Shown here one piece after another: positions 1 to 9,253 of a DNA stretch of 64,000 nt. Position 1 is the first letter of the stretch. Each line of letters starts with the position of its first letter. Position numbers and translations under genes: made by a program. The stretch spans positions 1 through 64,000 of the forward strand of contig JBNJGY010000001.1 of the NCBI GenBank assembly GCA_051748045.1, read 5' to 3'. The stretch is from Thermotogota bacterium. Its GTDB lineage: Bacteria; Thermotogota; Thermotogae; Petrotogales; Petrotogaceae. Under the pieces are notes generated by a model. That model did no database searches, was not told the origin of the DNA, and was given only the letters and a program-made list of their open reading frames with translations.

Positions 1-1599
1 AGATTTCCAGAAAGAAAAGAAGAGTTCAAAGGTACTTTTGATGAAGAAATTAAAAGATTGTACACACCAAATGATACAAAAGATATTGATTATTTAAAAG
101 ATTTAGGATTCCCAGGAGAATACCCTTTCACTAGAGGTGTTCAACCTACTATGTACAGGGGTAGATTCTGGACAATGAGACAATATGCTGGTTTTGCATC
201 AGCAGAAGAATCAAATAAAAGATATAAATATTTATTAAATCAAGGACAAACTGGTTTGTCTGTTGCTTTTGATTTGCCAACACAAATTGGATATGATTCT
301 GATGATGAAATGTCAGATGGCGAAGTTGGTAAGGTTGGTGTTGCTATTGACTCTTTAGCAGATATGGAGATCTTATTTGATGAAATACCTTTAGATAAAG
401 TCAGCGTTTCTATGACTATAAATTCAACAGCTTCAATTTTATTAGCCATGTTAATTGCTGTTGCTGAAAAACAAGGTGTTTCAAAAGAAAATATTAGAGG
501 AACTATACAAAACGATATTTTAAAAGAATATATAGCAAGAGGTACTTATATTTTCCCACCAGAACCATCTATGAAAGTTATTGTAGATATATTTGAATAT
601 GGATCAAAACATTTACCAAAATTCAATACAATTAGTATTAGTGGTTATCATATAAGAGAAGCTGGAGCAAATGCAGCTCAAGAAGTTGCATTTACACTTT
701 CTGATGGTATAGCTTATGTTGATGCTGCAATAAAAGCTGGACAAGATGTTAATGTTTTTGGTAAAAACCTTTCTTTCTTCTTCAACGCTCATAACAATTT
801 CTTAGAAGAAATTGCTAAATTTAGAGCAGCAAGAAAAATATGGTCAAATATTATGAAAGAAAGATTCAAAGCTACAAATGAAAAATCTATGAAATTGAAA
901 TTCCATACACAAACTGCAGGTTCAACTCTTACAGCACAACAACCTATGAATAATATTGTTAGAGTAACTCTACAAGCTCTTGCTGCTGTTATGGGAGGAA
1001 CTCAATCATTACATACAAATTCATATGACGAAGCACTTGGACTTCCTACAGAAGAATCAGCAACAATTGCTTTAAGAACACAACAAATGATTGCTTATGA
1101 ATCTGGTGTAACTGATACAATTGATCCTTTCGCTGGTTCTTATGCTGTAGAAACTTTAACAAAACAAATCGAAGAAAAAGCTTTAGAATATATAGAAAAA
1201 ATAGATGAACAAGGTGGAATGGTTAAGGCTATTGAAAATGGATATGTTCAAAAAGAAATTTTAAATACTGCTTATGATACTCAATTAAAAATAGAAAACA
1301 AAAAAGATGTTATTGTAGGAGTGAATAAATTTTCAACAGAAAAAGAAGAACCAAGAGAATTACTTAAACTTGATCCAAAGGTTGAAGAAAGGCAAAAAGA
1401 TAAAATCAAAAAATTAAAAGAGAATAGAGATAATGAAAAGGTTGAAAAAACATTGAACTCTCTTAAAAACGCTGCAGAAAATGGCGAAAACCTAATGCCG
1501 TTTATTATTGAAGCAGTTCAAACTTATGCAACGCTTGGTGAAATTGCAAATATTTTAAGAGATGTTTATGGTGAATTCAACGAATCAGTTATTTTGTAA
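1..1599 (+). CDS. Methylmalonyl-CoA mutase, substrate-binding (large) subunit; 5'-truncated by window edge
   Basis: Frame is open from base 1 (RFPERKEEF...). Motifs [36 protein letters not shown] and [12 protein letters not shown]. Confidence 0.95.
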   Translation, partial: RFPERKEEFKGTFDEEIKRLYTPNDTKDIDYLKDLGFPGEYPFTRGVQPTMYRGRFWTMRQYAGFASAEESNKRYKYLLNQGQTGLSVAFDLPTQIGYDSDDEMSDGEVGKVGVAIDSLADMEILFDEIPLDKVSVSMTINSTASILLAMLIAVAEKQGVSKENIRGTIQNDILKEYIARGTYIFPPEPSMKVIVDIFEYGSKHLPKFNTISISGYHIREAGANAAQEVAFTLSDGIAYVDAAIKAGQDVNVFGKNLSFFFNAHNNFLEEIAKFRAARKIWSNIMKERFKATNEKSMKLKFHTQTAGSTLTAQQPMNNIVRVTLQALAAVMGGTQSLHTNSYDEALGLPTEESATIALRTQQMIAYESGVTDTIDPFAGSYAVETLTKQIEEKALEYIEKIDEQGGMVKAIENGYVQKEILNTAYDTQLKIENKKDVIVGVNKFSTEKEEPRELLKLDPKVEERQKDKIKKLKENRDNEKVEKTLNSLKNAAENGENLMPFIIEAVQTYATLGEIANILRDVYGEFNESVIL

Positions 1600-1637
1600 A
1601 AAAATTATAATTGTTTTTCATTAAGGAGGAAGACAAA

Positions 1638-2042
1638 ATGGAAGAGAGAATTAGAGTTGTTATAGGAAAACCAGGATTAGATGGACATGATAGAGGTGCA
1701 AAAGTTGTATCAAGAGCTTTAAGAGATGCGGGAATGGAAGTAATTTATACAGGCATAAGACAAACACCTTCTGAAATTATTGAGACTGCTATTGAAGAAG
1801 ATGCTGACATAATTGGGTTATCAATTCTTTCTGGTGCGCATATAAGATTAAGTAGTAAATTAATTGAAAAAATGAAAGAAAAAAATGTAGATAATATTCC
1901 TGTATTCTTAGGAGGAATAATACCAGAAGACGATATTCCTGAATTAAAAGATATTGGAATAACTGAGGTTTTCGGTCCAGGTACACCACTTGAAACTATT
2001 ATACAGAAGGTGAAAGATATTGTCTTGGGCAAAAAAGTATGA
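1638..2042 (+). CDS. Methylmalonyl-CoA mutase cobalamin-binding (small) subunit
   Basis: GLDGHDRG (DxHxxG) B12 motif, SILSG and GGII. AAGGAGG RBS precedes ATG at 1638. Confidence 0.93.
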   Translation: MEERIRVVIGKPGLDGHDRGAKVVSRALRDAGMEVIYTGIRQTPSEIIETAIEEDADIIGLSILSGAHIRLSSKLIEKMKEKNVDNIPVFLGGIIPEDDIPELKDIGITEVFGPGTPLETIIQKVKDIVLGKKV

Positions 2043-2946
2043 ACAAATAATTCAAGGATTTAAGAATCAGGAAAAATACGCCCTTGCAAAAATGATTACA
2101 TTAGTTGAAAACAATCCTGATGAAGCCTGGGAGATTATAGAAAAACTACCAAAACCTAAAAAACAAGCTCACGTAATAGGAATAACAGGAAGCCCTGGCG
2201 CAGGAAAAAGCACTTTGACTTCTAAGCTAGTAAAAGATTTATCTACTGATCATAAAATTGGTATTATAGCTGTTGATCCTAGCAGCCCTTTTTCTGGAGG
2301 GGCTTTTTTAGGTGACAGAATCAGAATGCGTCACCTTTCTGGAGAAAATGTTTATATAAGAAGTGTAGCCTCTAGAGGTAGTGTTGGAGGATTGTGTGAT
2401 TCGATTTTTGATATTGTAGATGTTATGAATAGTTTTGGTTTTGAAAAAATAATTATTGAAACAGTAGGTGCAGGTCAATCAGAGATAGAAGTTGTATATG
2501 TTGCAGATACCATATTATTAGTTATGTCTCCTGATTCAGGAGATGAGGTTCAAATGTTTAAGGCTGGTATTATGGAGATTGCAGATATTTATGTTGTAAA
2601 TAAAAATGATTTACCAGAAGCATCCGGTTTTTTAGCTCAACTAAAAAATACGCTTACTTTAGAATATGAAGAGAAATCAAAAAGAAAAATTTTTAGTATC
2701 AGTGCCTTAAAAAATGATGGTATAGACGAGTTAATGGAACATTTATTAAATCATAAAAATAAGTTAATAGAAGAAGGCCTTTTAAAAGATAGAATCTTAA
2801 GGAGAAGAAAAAGAAGAGCAAGAAGTAACGTGATTAGAAAGATAGATATGTTTGTTAAAGATTATGATCCTGATAAAAAGGATTTATTTTCAATAAAAAA
2901 AGATATTATTAATGAGATAGGCAAGGAGGAGTTTAATGAAGGGTAA
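2020..2946 (+). CDS. meaB: Methylmalonyl-CoA mutase-associated GTPase MeaB/ArgK
   Basis: GITGSPGAGKST, DPSSPFSGGAFLGDRIRM, ETVGAGQSE and NKND motifs; operon context. Confidence 0.93.
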   Translation: MSWAKKYEQIIQGFKNQEKYALAKMITLVENNPDEAWEIIEKLPKPKKQAHVIGITGSPGAGKSTLTSKLVKDLSTDHKIGIIAVDPSSPFSGGAFLGDRIRMRHLSGENVYIRSVASRGSVGGLCDSIFDIVDVMNSFGFEKIIIETVGAGQSEIEVVYVADTILLVMSPDSGDEVQMFKAGIMEIADIYVVNKNDLPEASGFLAQLKNTLTLEYEEKSKRKIFSISALKNDGIDELMEHLLNHKNKLIEEGLLKDRILRRRKRRARSNVIRKIDMFVKDYDPDKKDLFSIKKDIINEIGKEEFNEG

Positions 2947-3340
2947 AATAGATCACATTGGGATTGCAGTACATTCCATTGAAGAATCTGTGAAACTTTA
3001 CAGTGAACTACTTGGTGTTGAACCATCTGGAGAAGAAGTTTTAGAAGAAAGAGGTTTAAAAGTGGCTTTCTTAGAAATGGGAGATACAAGAATTGAACTT
3101 CTTGAACCTATTAATGAAAATTCTCAAATCTCAAAATTTCTAGCTAAAAAAGGTCCTGGTTTTCACCATATGGCCTATGAAGTTGAAAATGTTGAAGAAA
3201 GTATTAAAAAATCAAAAGAATTAGGATTCAAACCTTTAACCGACGAAGGTCAAGCTGGTGCTCATAATACCACTATTGTTTTTTTACACCCTAAATCAGC
3301 TAATGGAATCCTTACAGAATTAGTTCAACATAACAAATAG
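2936..3340 (+). CDS. mce: Methylmalonyl-CoA epimerase
   Basis: VOC fold motifs IDHIGIAV, IELLEP, GFHHMAY and FLHPKSANGILTELV. Confidence 0.93.
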   Translation: MKGKIDHIGIAVHSIEESVKLYSELLGVEPSGEEVLEERGLKVAFLEMGDTRIELLEPINENSQISKFLAKKGPGFHHMAYEVENVEESIKKSKELGFKPLTDEGQAGAHNTTIVFLHPKSANGILTELVQHNK

Positions 3341-3352
3341 GAGGTTTATTAT

Positions 3353-4906
3353 ATGTCTGATGAAAAATTCGACAATCTATTAAACGATTTTCGTGAAAAA
3401 GATGAATCTTTAAACTATGGTGGCGGTAAAGATAAGATAGAAAAACAACATAAAAGAGATAAATTAACAGCAAGAGAAAGAATAGATCTTTTATTAGATG
3501 AAGGTTCTTTTGAAGAAATAGATAAGTTTGTTAAACATAGAAGCACATATTTTGGACTAGATAAAAAATCGTTTCCATATGATGGTGTAGTAACTGGATT
3601 TGGTACTATCAACGGCGAAAAGGTTGCAGTTTTCTCACAAGACTTTACAGTTCAAGGCGGATCACTTGGAGAAATGCATGCTAAAAAAATCATGAAAATA
3701 CAAGATTTAGCAATGAAATATGGAATGCCTGTTATAGGAATAAATGATTCTGGTGGTGCTAGAATTCAAGAAGCTATAGATGCTTTATATGGTTATGGAG
3801 GGATTTTCTACAGAAATACAATTGCATCAGGAGTTATTCCTCAAATAACTGTTATTGCTGGTCCTTGTGCAGGAGGAGCTGTTTATTCTCCTGCGATAAC
3901 TGACTTTATAATAATGGTTGATAAAACATCTCAAATGTTTATAACAGGCCCACAAGTTATCAAAGCAGTTACAGGCGAAAATGTAGACAAAGAAAAGCTT
4001 GGTGGAGCATTAGTACATAATTCAAAAAGTGGTGTTGCTCATTTAATTGCCAAAGATGATGATCATGCTATGCAACTTTCAAGAAGATTAATGTCATATA
4101 TCCCTCAAAACAATCTTGATCCAAAGCCAGATATAGATTTTGAAGATTTTGATTTAGATCAAAAAATATACGATATTGTTTCTCCTAACGCTAAAAAATC
4201 ATATGATGTTAGAGAAGTTATAGACACTGTTTTTGATAAAGAATCATTCTTCGAAATTCAACCTCATTTTGCAAAAAACATGGTTGTTGGTTTTTCAAGA
4301 CTTGGAGGTAAATCTGTTGGAATAGTTGCTAACCAGCCAAATATTTTAGCTGGAGCTTTAGACATAAACGCCTCTGATAAAGCTTCAAGATTCATAAGAT
4401 TCTGTGATGCTTTTAATATTCCTGTAGTAACTCTTGTCGACACTCCAGGATTTTTACCAGGAGTTGGTCAAGAGCATGGTGGAATAATAAGACATGGAGC
4501 AAAATTATTATATGCATATTCAGAAGCTAGCGTACCAAAAATTTCTCTTATTTTAAGAAAATCTTATGGTGGAGCTTATATTGCAATGTCCTCACAACAT
4601 TTAGGAGCTGATTTTGTATTTGCTTGGCCAACAGCAGAAATTGCTGTTATGGGACCAGAAGGAGCTGCAAATATTATTTTTGCTAGAGAAATTAAAAATT
4701 CTGAGACTCCTGAAGAAACAAGGCAGAAAAGAATTGAAGAATATAAAGATAGATTTGCTAATCCATATGAAGCTGCAGCGAGAGGTTATATAGAAGATGT
4801 AATAGATCCAATTGAAACTAGACAAAAATTAATGAGTGCATTAAATATGGCTGAAAATAAAGCTGAAGCTAAACCAGCTAAAAAACACGGAAACATTCCT
4901 TTATAA
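3353..4906 (+). CDS. mmdA: Methylmalonyl-CoA decarboxylase alpha subunit / acyl-CoA carboxyltransferase
   Basis: DSGGARIQE, GPCAGGAVYSPA, DTPGFLPG and C-terminal KKHGNIPL. Confidence 0.9.
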   Translation: MSDEKFDNLLNDFREKDESLNYGGGKDKIEKQHKRDKLTARERIDLLLDEGSFEEIDKFVKHRSTYFGLDKKSFPYDGVVTGFGTINGEKVAVFSQDFTVQGGSLGEMHAKKIMKIQDLAMKYGMPVIGINDSGGARIQEAIDALYGYGGIFYRNTIASGVIPQITVIAGPCAGGAVYSPAITDFIIMVDKTSQMFITGPQVIKAVTGENVDKEKLGGALVHNSKSGVAHLIAKDDDHAMQLSRRLMSYIPQNNLDPKPDIDFEDFDLDQKIYDIVSPNAKKSYDVREVIDTVFDKESFFEIQPHFAKNMVVGFSRLGGKSVGIVANQPNILAGALDINASDKASRFIRFCDAFNIPVVTLVDTPGFLPGVGQEHGGIIRHGAKLLYAYSEASVPKISLILRKSYGGAYIAMSSQHLGADFVFAWPTAEIAVMGPEGAANIIFAREIKNSETPEETRQKRIEEYKDRFANPYEAAARGYIEDVIDPIETRQKLMSALNMAENKAEAKPAKKHGNIPL

Positions 4907-4921
4907 TATGGAGGGTATTAA

Positions 4922-5284
4922 ATGAATAACGTTGGATTAATCACTGTAACTGGTATTTTTACAGTTTTCACTGTACTTTTACTGTTGATGATAATTTATT
5001 ATCTTTTTGGGTTTTTTGCTGATAAAAGTAATTCAAAAGCTTCAAAAAAGAAAAATTATCCATCACCACAAAAGATAAAAAAAGTGCCAGAATTTCCTAA
5101 AGAAAAGAACAATTATGAAAATGATGAAGAAATTGCAGCTATAACTGCAGCTGTATATAATTTCATTGATAGTTCCAAATATAGAATTAAAAATATTAAA
5201 AAAAGTAATAATTCTAAAAAAAAGCAAACAGTTTCAAGATGGGGTTCTGTTTCCCCAGTTAATACTTGGAGAACAAATAGATAA
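4922..5284 (+). CDS. OadG/MmdD-family decarboxylase membrane anchor (delta subunit)
   Basis: Single N-terminal TM helix, linker and EEIAAITAAV motif; lies between the alpha and biotin subunits. Confidence 0.8.
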   Translation: MNNVGLITVTGIFTVFTVLLLLMIIYYLFGFFADKSNSKASKKKNYPSPQKIKKVPEFPKEKNNYENDEEIAAITAAVYNFIDSSKYRIKNIKKSNNSKKKQTVSRWGSVSPVNTWRTNR

Positions 5285-5298
5285 CGGAGGGATATAAA

Positions 5299-5742
5299 TT
5301 GTCAAGAATATTTAAAGTGAAAGTTAATGGCAAATCATATGATGTTGAAGTAGAAGAAGTTGGTTCTAGTAATTCAGAACAAAAAATAGTTCAAGAAGAT
5401 TCAACTGAATCTAAACCAATTACAAAAAATGAACAACCTAAACCAGCACCAAAAAAAGAAGAACCTAAACCAGCACCAAAAAAAGAAGAACCTAAAACTG
5501 TTCCTGCTGAAAGCTCTTCTAGTGATGGGGAAAAAGAAATTTTAGCTCCTTTACCAGGTGTTGTTATAGATATCAAAGTGAAAGTAGGAGACAAAGTAAC
5601 TCCTGGAGACAAATTGATGATTATTGAAGCTATGAAAATGGAAAATGAAATCCCTTCAGAATTTTCAGGTATTGTAGATAAAATTTTAGTAAACAAGGGC
5701 GATAATGTTGATGGTGATGAACCAGTAATTATTTTAAAATAA
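5299..5742 (+). CDS. mmdC: Biotin carboxyl carrier (methylmalonyl-CoA decarboxylase gamma subunit)
   Basis: EAMKMENE biotinylation motif, N-terminal FKVKVNGKSYDVEVEE and Pro/Lys/Glu linker. Confidence 0.88.
   Translation: MSRIFKVKVNGKSYDVEVEEVGSSNSEQKIVQEDSTESKPITKNEQPKPAPKKEEPKPAPKKEEPKTVPAESSSSDGEKEILAPLPGVVIDIKVKVGDKVTPGDKLMIIEAMKMENEIPSEFSGIVDKILVNKGDNVDGDEPVIILK
5437..5496 (+). repeat. 27-bp in-frame tandem repeat (PKPAPKKEE x2 plus partial) in the biotin-carrier linker
   Basis: cctaaaccagcaccaaaaaaagaagaa starts at 5437 and 5464; partial copy at 5491. Confidence 0.9.
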
Positions 5743-5745
5743 ATA

Positions 5746-5788
5746 TAAAAAAATCTGGGAATAGATTTCTATTCCCAGATTTTTTATT
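5746..5788. terminator. Bidirectional rho-independent terminator
   Basis: aaaaaatctgggaataga-tt-tctattcccagatttttt between convergent genes. Confidence 0.9.
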
Positions 5789-5790
5789 TA

Positions 5791-6303
5791 TTATTTCATT
5801 GTTTTAATTGGCTTTTTTACAAAAAAACTTAATAATAAACCTAAAACAAAACTCCAAACCGCTGCAAGTGTTATTTGCCATTCAGCTGGTAAAGAAAAGG
5901 TTACTGTATGAGCCGGTATCCAGAACCATATTAAGGTTAACAAAGCTCCTTTGATTCCTTCTGTAGATATTTTTAATTTGAATAAAAATAAGTTATCCAA
6001 AAATCTATGTCCTACTACAAGCCAAGGACCAAACATTGCATTTGTAAATAAAGATTTAAAAAAGGCACTGTATATTTTTCCTTCAGGTAAATACCCTAAA
6101 GAAGTTACATATTCTACAAAACCAGTAAATCCAGCAAAAATAAACTTAATTATAATTCCCAAAATACCCCAAACAAATATTGAACCAATAATTTTTTTTG
6201 GAGAAATTTCTTTTTTGGATAGTAATTTTGATACTATTTCTCCAAGTGTTCCTAAGATTGCAAATTGAACAAACGCTGATAAAAATGGATTCTCAAAGAA
6301 CAT
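5791..6303 (-). CDS. Membrane protein, Mpv17/PMP22-like
   Basis: About 4 TM helices; WFWIPAHTVTF...W pattern resembles the Mpv17/PMP22 C-terminal signature. Confidence 0.6.
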   Translation of the reverse strand: MFFENPFLSAFVQFAILGTLGEIVSKLLSKKEISPKKIIGSIFVWGILGIIIKFIFAGFTGFVEYVTSLGYLPEGKIYSAFFKSLFTNAMFGPWLVVGHRFLDNLFLFKLKISTEGIKGALLTLIWFWIPAHTVTFSLPAEWQITLAAVWSFVLGLLLSFFVKKPIKTMK

Positions 6304-6306
6304 TTC

Positions 6307-7341
6307 CTATCTCCTTTCTAAAACTATTCTTTTTAGTTTTTCTATTTTTTCTTCTTCACCAAGAACAATTAAAACATCCCCACTGGTTACTTTGGTTTCA
6401 GCTCTTGGATTGAAAATATTTTTGTTTTCTTTTTTTTGAATTGATATTACTATTAAATTCACTAAGGAAGGCAGTGAAATTTCTTTTAGAGTTTTATTTA
6501 CCATCCATGATTTTTCTGGAATCTCTACTTCTTCAAGCTGCAATTCTTTATTTGCTGCTCTGGTAACTGTTTCAAGAAAAGAAACTACGTTTGGTTGAGT
6601 TGCCATATAAGCAAGTCTGTTACCAGATATTTCTGATTCTACTAAAATTCTATCTATTCCAGCGTATTGTAATTTTTTCACAGACTCCGGTTCATTTGCC
6701 TTTGCTATAACTTTTATATTATTATTAATAGTTTTTGCTGTCAAAACTGCAAATAAATTCTCTACGTCTGAAGGTAGGGTTAATATAACAGTTGAAGCTT
6801 TTGCCATACCAGCACTAAGCATAACATTTTCATCTTTTATATTTCCTTGATAGTAAAGGAAGTCTTCACCCAATTCGTTTTTTAATTGATCTAATCTATC
6901 CATATCTTTATCTATTACAACAAATTCTCTATGTGTTTTCAAAAGATTTCTACATACAAAAGCACCTGTTTTACCTGCACCTATAACAATAAAATGTTTA
7001 TTTAAATTAGATATTTTTTTCATTCTTTTTCTTACCCCCATTATGTTTTTTATTTCACCTTCTACAATAAAAGAAGTCAATTGAGATAAAGCGTATAAAC
7101 CTACTGTAATTCCACCTAAAATTAAAAATATAGTGAAAATTTTTGTAGTTAGAGATATTCCTTCTGGAATTGTGTACCCTACAGTACTCAAAGTAATTAT
7201 TGTTAAAAATATAGATTCAATAAAGTCCCATCCTTCTAATACCATATATCCAGAAGTTCCTATTAGTACTACTAAAAATAGAATAACTAAAGAAATTATA
7301 AATCTTCTTAACTTTTGTATGTAGACATCCATTTTAATCAT
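6307..7341 (-). CDS. 2-TM potassium-channel-family protein with RCK (TrkA-N/TrkA-C) domains
   Basis: TM-pore helix-TLSTVGY-TM, then GAGKTG Rossmann motif and TrkA-C domain. Confidence 0.88.
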   Translation of the reverse strand: MIKMDVYIQKLRRFIISLVILFLVVLIGTSGYMVLEGWDFIESIFLTIITLSTVGYTIPEGISLTTKIFTIFLILGGITVGLYALSQLTSFIVEGEIKNIMGVRKRMKKISNLNKHFIVIGAGKTGAFVCRNLLKTHREFVVIDKDMDRLDQLKNELGEDFLYYQGNIKDENVMLSAGMAKASTVILTLPSDVENLFAVLTAKTINNNIKVIAKANEPESVKKLQYAGIDRILVESEISGNRLAYMATQPNVVSFLETVTRAANKELQLEEVEIPEKSWMVNKTLKEISLPSLVNLIVISIQKKENKNIFNPRAETKVTSGDVLIVLGEEEKIEKLKRIVLERR

Positions 7342-7470
7342 TCCTTATTCTGATTTAATCAATAATATTATAATATATATAGTAAAAAAAAGATAGTAAA
7401 AAATAATAATTTATTTTTTTATTAAGCTTTGTTATTTTTCGGTTAATAGTTAAAAACGTTAAAGTTTTTT

Positions 7471-7479
7471 TGTTATAAT
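7471..7479 (+). promoter_or_regulatory. Extended -10 promoter for rpsF-ssb-rpsR
   Basis: TGtTATAAT located about 58 nt upstream of the rpsF ATG. Confidence 0.7.
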
Positions 7480-7487
7480 AGTTAAGG

Positions 7488-7530
7488 TATTTCCCCGCTC
7501 AGAAATGGGCTAAATCCAAGGGAGGAGGTG
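7488..7530 (+). ncRNA. Probable S6:S18 ribosomal-protein autoregulatory leader
   Basis: UUCCC can pair with GGGAG overlapping the SD. Inner hairpin GCUCA-GAAA-UGGGC and an unpaired CCA just before the SD, directly upstream of rpsF. Confidence 0.65.
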
Positions 7531-7536
7531 CGACAT

Positions 7537-7917
7537 ATGGCAAGAGAAAGATTCTACGAAACAATGGTAGTTATAAAACCAACACTTTCTGATGAAGAAA
7601 GAACTAAACTTACAGAAGAAGTAAAAGGTTGGATAACTGATATTGTAGATGGAACTATCGAAGAAGAAAAAAGATGGGGTTTAAGAAAATTTGCTTACGA
7701 AACACAAAAAGACAACTTAACTGAAGGTGATTTCACTTATTTTGTTTATAAAGCAGACCCTGAAAAAGTAAACACTTTAGACGAAAGATTCCACATAACT
7801 CAAGATATCGTTAGACATTTAACTATCAGAAGAGAAGATTTAGATAAAAAAGCTAAATCAAAAGAAACAAATATAACTGTAGAAGAACCAGTATCTGAAG
7901 AAAAATCAGCGGAGTGA
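7537..7917 (+). CDS. rpsF: 30S ribosomal protein S6
   Basis: YETMVVIKP and WGLRKFAY motifs; GGAGGAGG RBS before ATG 7537. Confidence 0.95.
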   Translation: MARERFYETMVVIKPTLSDEERTKLTEEVKGWITDIVDGTIEEEKRWGLRKFAYETQKDNLTEGDFTYFVYKADPEKVNTLDERFHITQDIVRHLTIRREDLDKKAKSKETNITVEEPVSEEKSAE

Positions 7918-7923
7918 TTATAA

Positions 7924-8439
7924 ATGTCTATTGCATATAACAAAATAATTCTTATTGGAAGATTGACAAGAGACCCAGAAGTTAGATCCACTGTTAGTGG
8001 TTCTAATGTTGCAAATTTTTCTCTAGCTGTTGACAGACAATCTAAAAATAATAATGATGTTGATTTTATAAACATTGTTGCTTTTGGAAGACAAGCTGAT
8101 TTTGCAAGTAATTATTTGGGAAAAGGAAAACTTATACTTGTTGAAGGACAATTAAGAATTAACAAGTGGACAGATAGAAATGATGTTAAAAGAGAATCTG
8201 CTGAAGTTTGGGCTAACAGAATGACTTTTATGGAAACAAAAAAAGCTCAAATGGAAAATCAATCTTATAACAATATGGATATTAAAGTTGAAGAAGGGTA
8301 TTCAAACAAAAAAGAAAAAAAGAACTCAATTCAAGATATTGATGATGATTCATTTTCTGAAGAAATGCCTGGTTTCGATGAAGATCCATTTGAAGATATT
8401 GAGAGTGACTTAAGCTCTGATGAAAATCCATTAAGCTAA
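7924..8439 (+). CDS. ssb: Single-stranded DNA-binding protein
   Basis: NKIILIGRLTRDPEVR OB fold and acidic tail; rpsF-ssb-rpsR order. Confidence 0.95.
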   Translation: MSIAYNKIILIGRLTRDPEVRSTVSGSNVANFSLAVDRQSKNNNDVDFINIVAFGRQADFASNYLGKGKLILVEGQLRINKWTDRNDVKRESAEVWANRMTFMETKKAQMENQSYNNMDIKVEEGYSNKKEKKNSIQDIDDDSFSEEMPGFDEDPFEDIESDLSSDENPLS

Positions 8440-8454
8440 TGGAGGTGAACTTTA

Positions 8455-8685
8455 ATGGCATACAGAAGAAAAAGAAGAAGAGTTAAAAAATGTAAATTAT
8501 GTTCAATGAAAGTAAATTACATTGATTATAAAGATTTAAATTTATTATCTGATTATATAAATGAAAAAGGTAAAATATTACCAAAAAGAGTTACAGGAAA
8601 TTGTTCTAAACATCAAAGATTATTAAGACAAGCTATTCATAGATCAAGACATGTAATGTTATTACCTTATACAACAGATCAATAA
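8455..8685 (+). CDS. rpsR: 30S ribosomal protein S18 (Zn-binding form)
   Basis: CKLC, IDYKD and [17 protein letters not shown]. Confidence 0.96.
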   Translation: MAYRRKRRRVKKCKLCSMKVNYIDYKDLNLLSDYINEKGKILPKRVTGNCSKHQRLLRQAIHRSRHVMLLPYTTDQ

Positions 8686-8691
8686 TAATAT

Positions 8692-8715
8692 GCGGGAGGC
8701 TATTGCCTCCCGTTT
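8692..8715 (+). terminator. Terminator after rpsR
   Basis: gcgggaggc-tatt-gcctcccgt followed by tt. Confidence 0.7.
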
Positions 8716-8742
8716 GTATTAGTTACACTCATATGGTAAAAT
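8714..8742 (+). promoter_or_regulatory. Sigma70-type promoter for rplI
   Basis: TTGTAT-17 bp-TAAAAT with extended TG. Confidence 0.55.
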
Positions 8743-8760
8743 ATTTATGGAGGTGTTTGT

Positions 8761-9210
8761 ATGAAAGTTCTACTACTAAAAGACGTAAAAAAGATTGGAA
8801 ATAAAAATGAAATAGTTGAGGTTTCAGATGGTTATGCTAGAAATTATCTTTTACCAAGAGGCCTTGCTACTGAAGCTGGTTCAGGAAAAATCAAACACAT
8901 TAAAGATATGAAAAAAGTTGAAAAGAAGAAAAAAGATAATCAAAGAAAAACTTCTGAAGATTTATTAAATAAGCTGCAAGAACATACTTATGAAATAAAA
9001 GCCAATTCGGGTGAAAATGGAAAATTGTTTGGTGCGATTACCTCAAAAGACATTATAAAAAGAATTAGAGAAGTTGCAGGAATAGATTTTAACAAAAAAT
9101 GGTTTAACGAAAAAATCAATATTAAGGAATTGGGAAAACATATAATAAAAGTAAAACTACCCCAAAACGTTAAAGGTGTGATAAAAATAGACGTTATTCC
9201 AATTAAATAA
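8761..9210 (+). CDS. rplI: 50S ribosomal protein L9
   Basis: MKVLLLKDV, VSDGYARNYLLPRG and GKLFGAIT. Confidence 0.96.
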   Translation: MKVLLLKDVKKIGNKNEIVEVSDGYARNYLLPRGLATEAGSGKIKHIKDMKKVEKKKKDNQRKTSEDLLNKLQEHTYEIKANSGENGKLFGAITSKDIIKRIREVAGIDFNKKWFNEKINIKELGKHIIKVKLPQNVKGVIKIDVIPIK

Positions 9211-9211
9211 A

Positions 9212-9239
9212 CGGTGGTTTATGACCACCGCATTTTTTT
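9212..9239 (+). terminator. Terminator-like hairpin between rplI and RNase Z gene
   Basis: cggtggt-ttatg-accaccg followed by a T-tract. Confidence 0.6.
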
Positions 9240-9253
9240 AGGAGTGAACAATT

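Noticed and set aside
5437-5496. Direct repeats as a possible CRISPR or mobile-element signature
   Set aside because: The 27-bp units are contiguous, in frame and without spacers; they encode the flexible linker of the biotin carrier.
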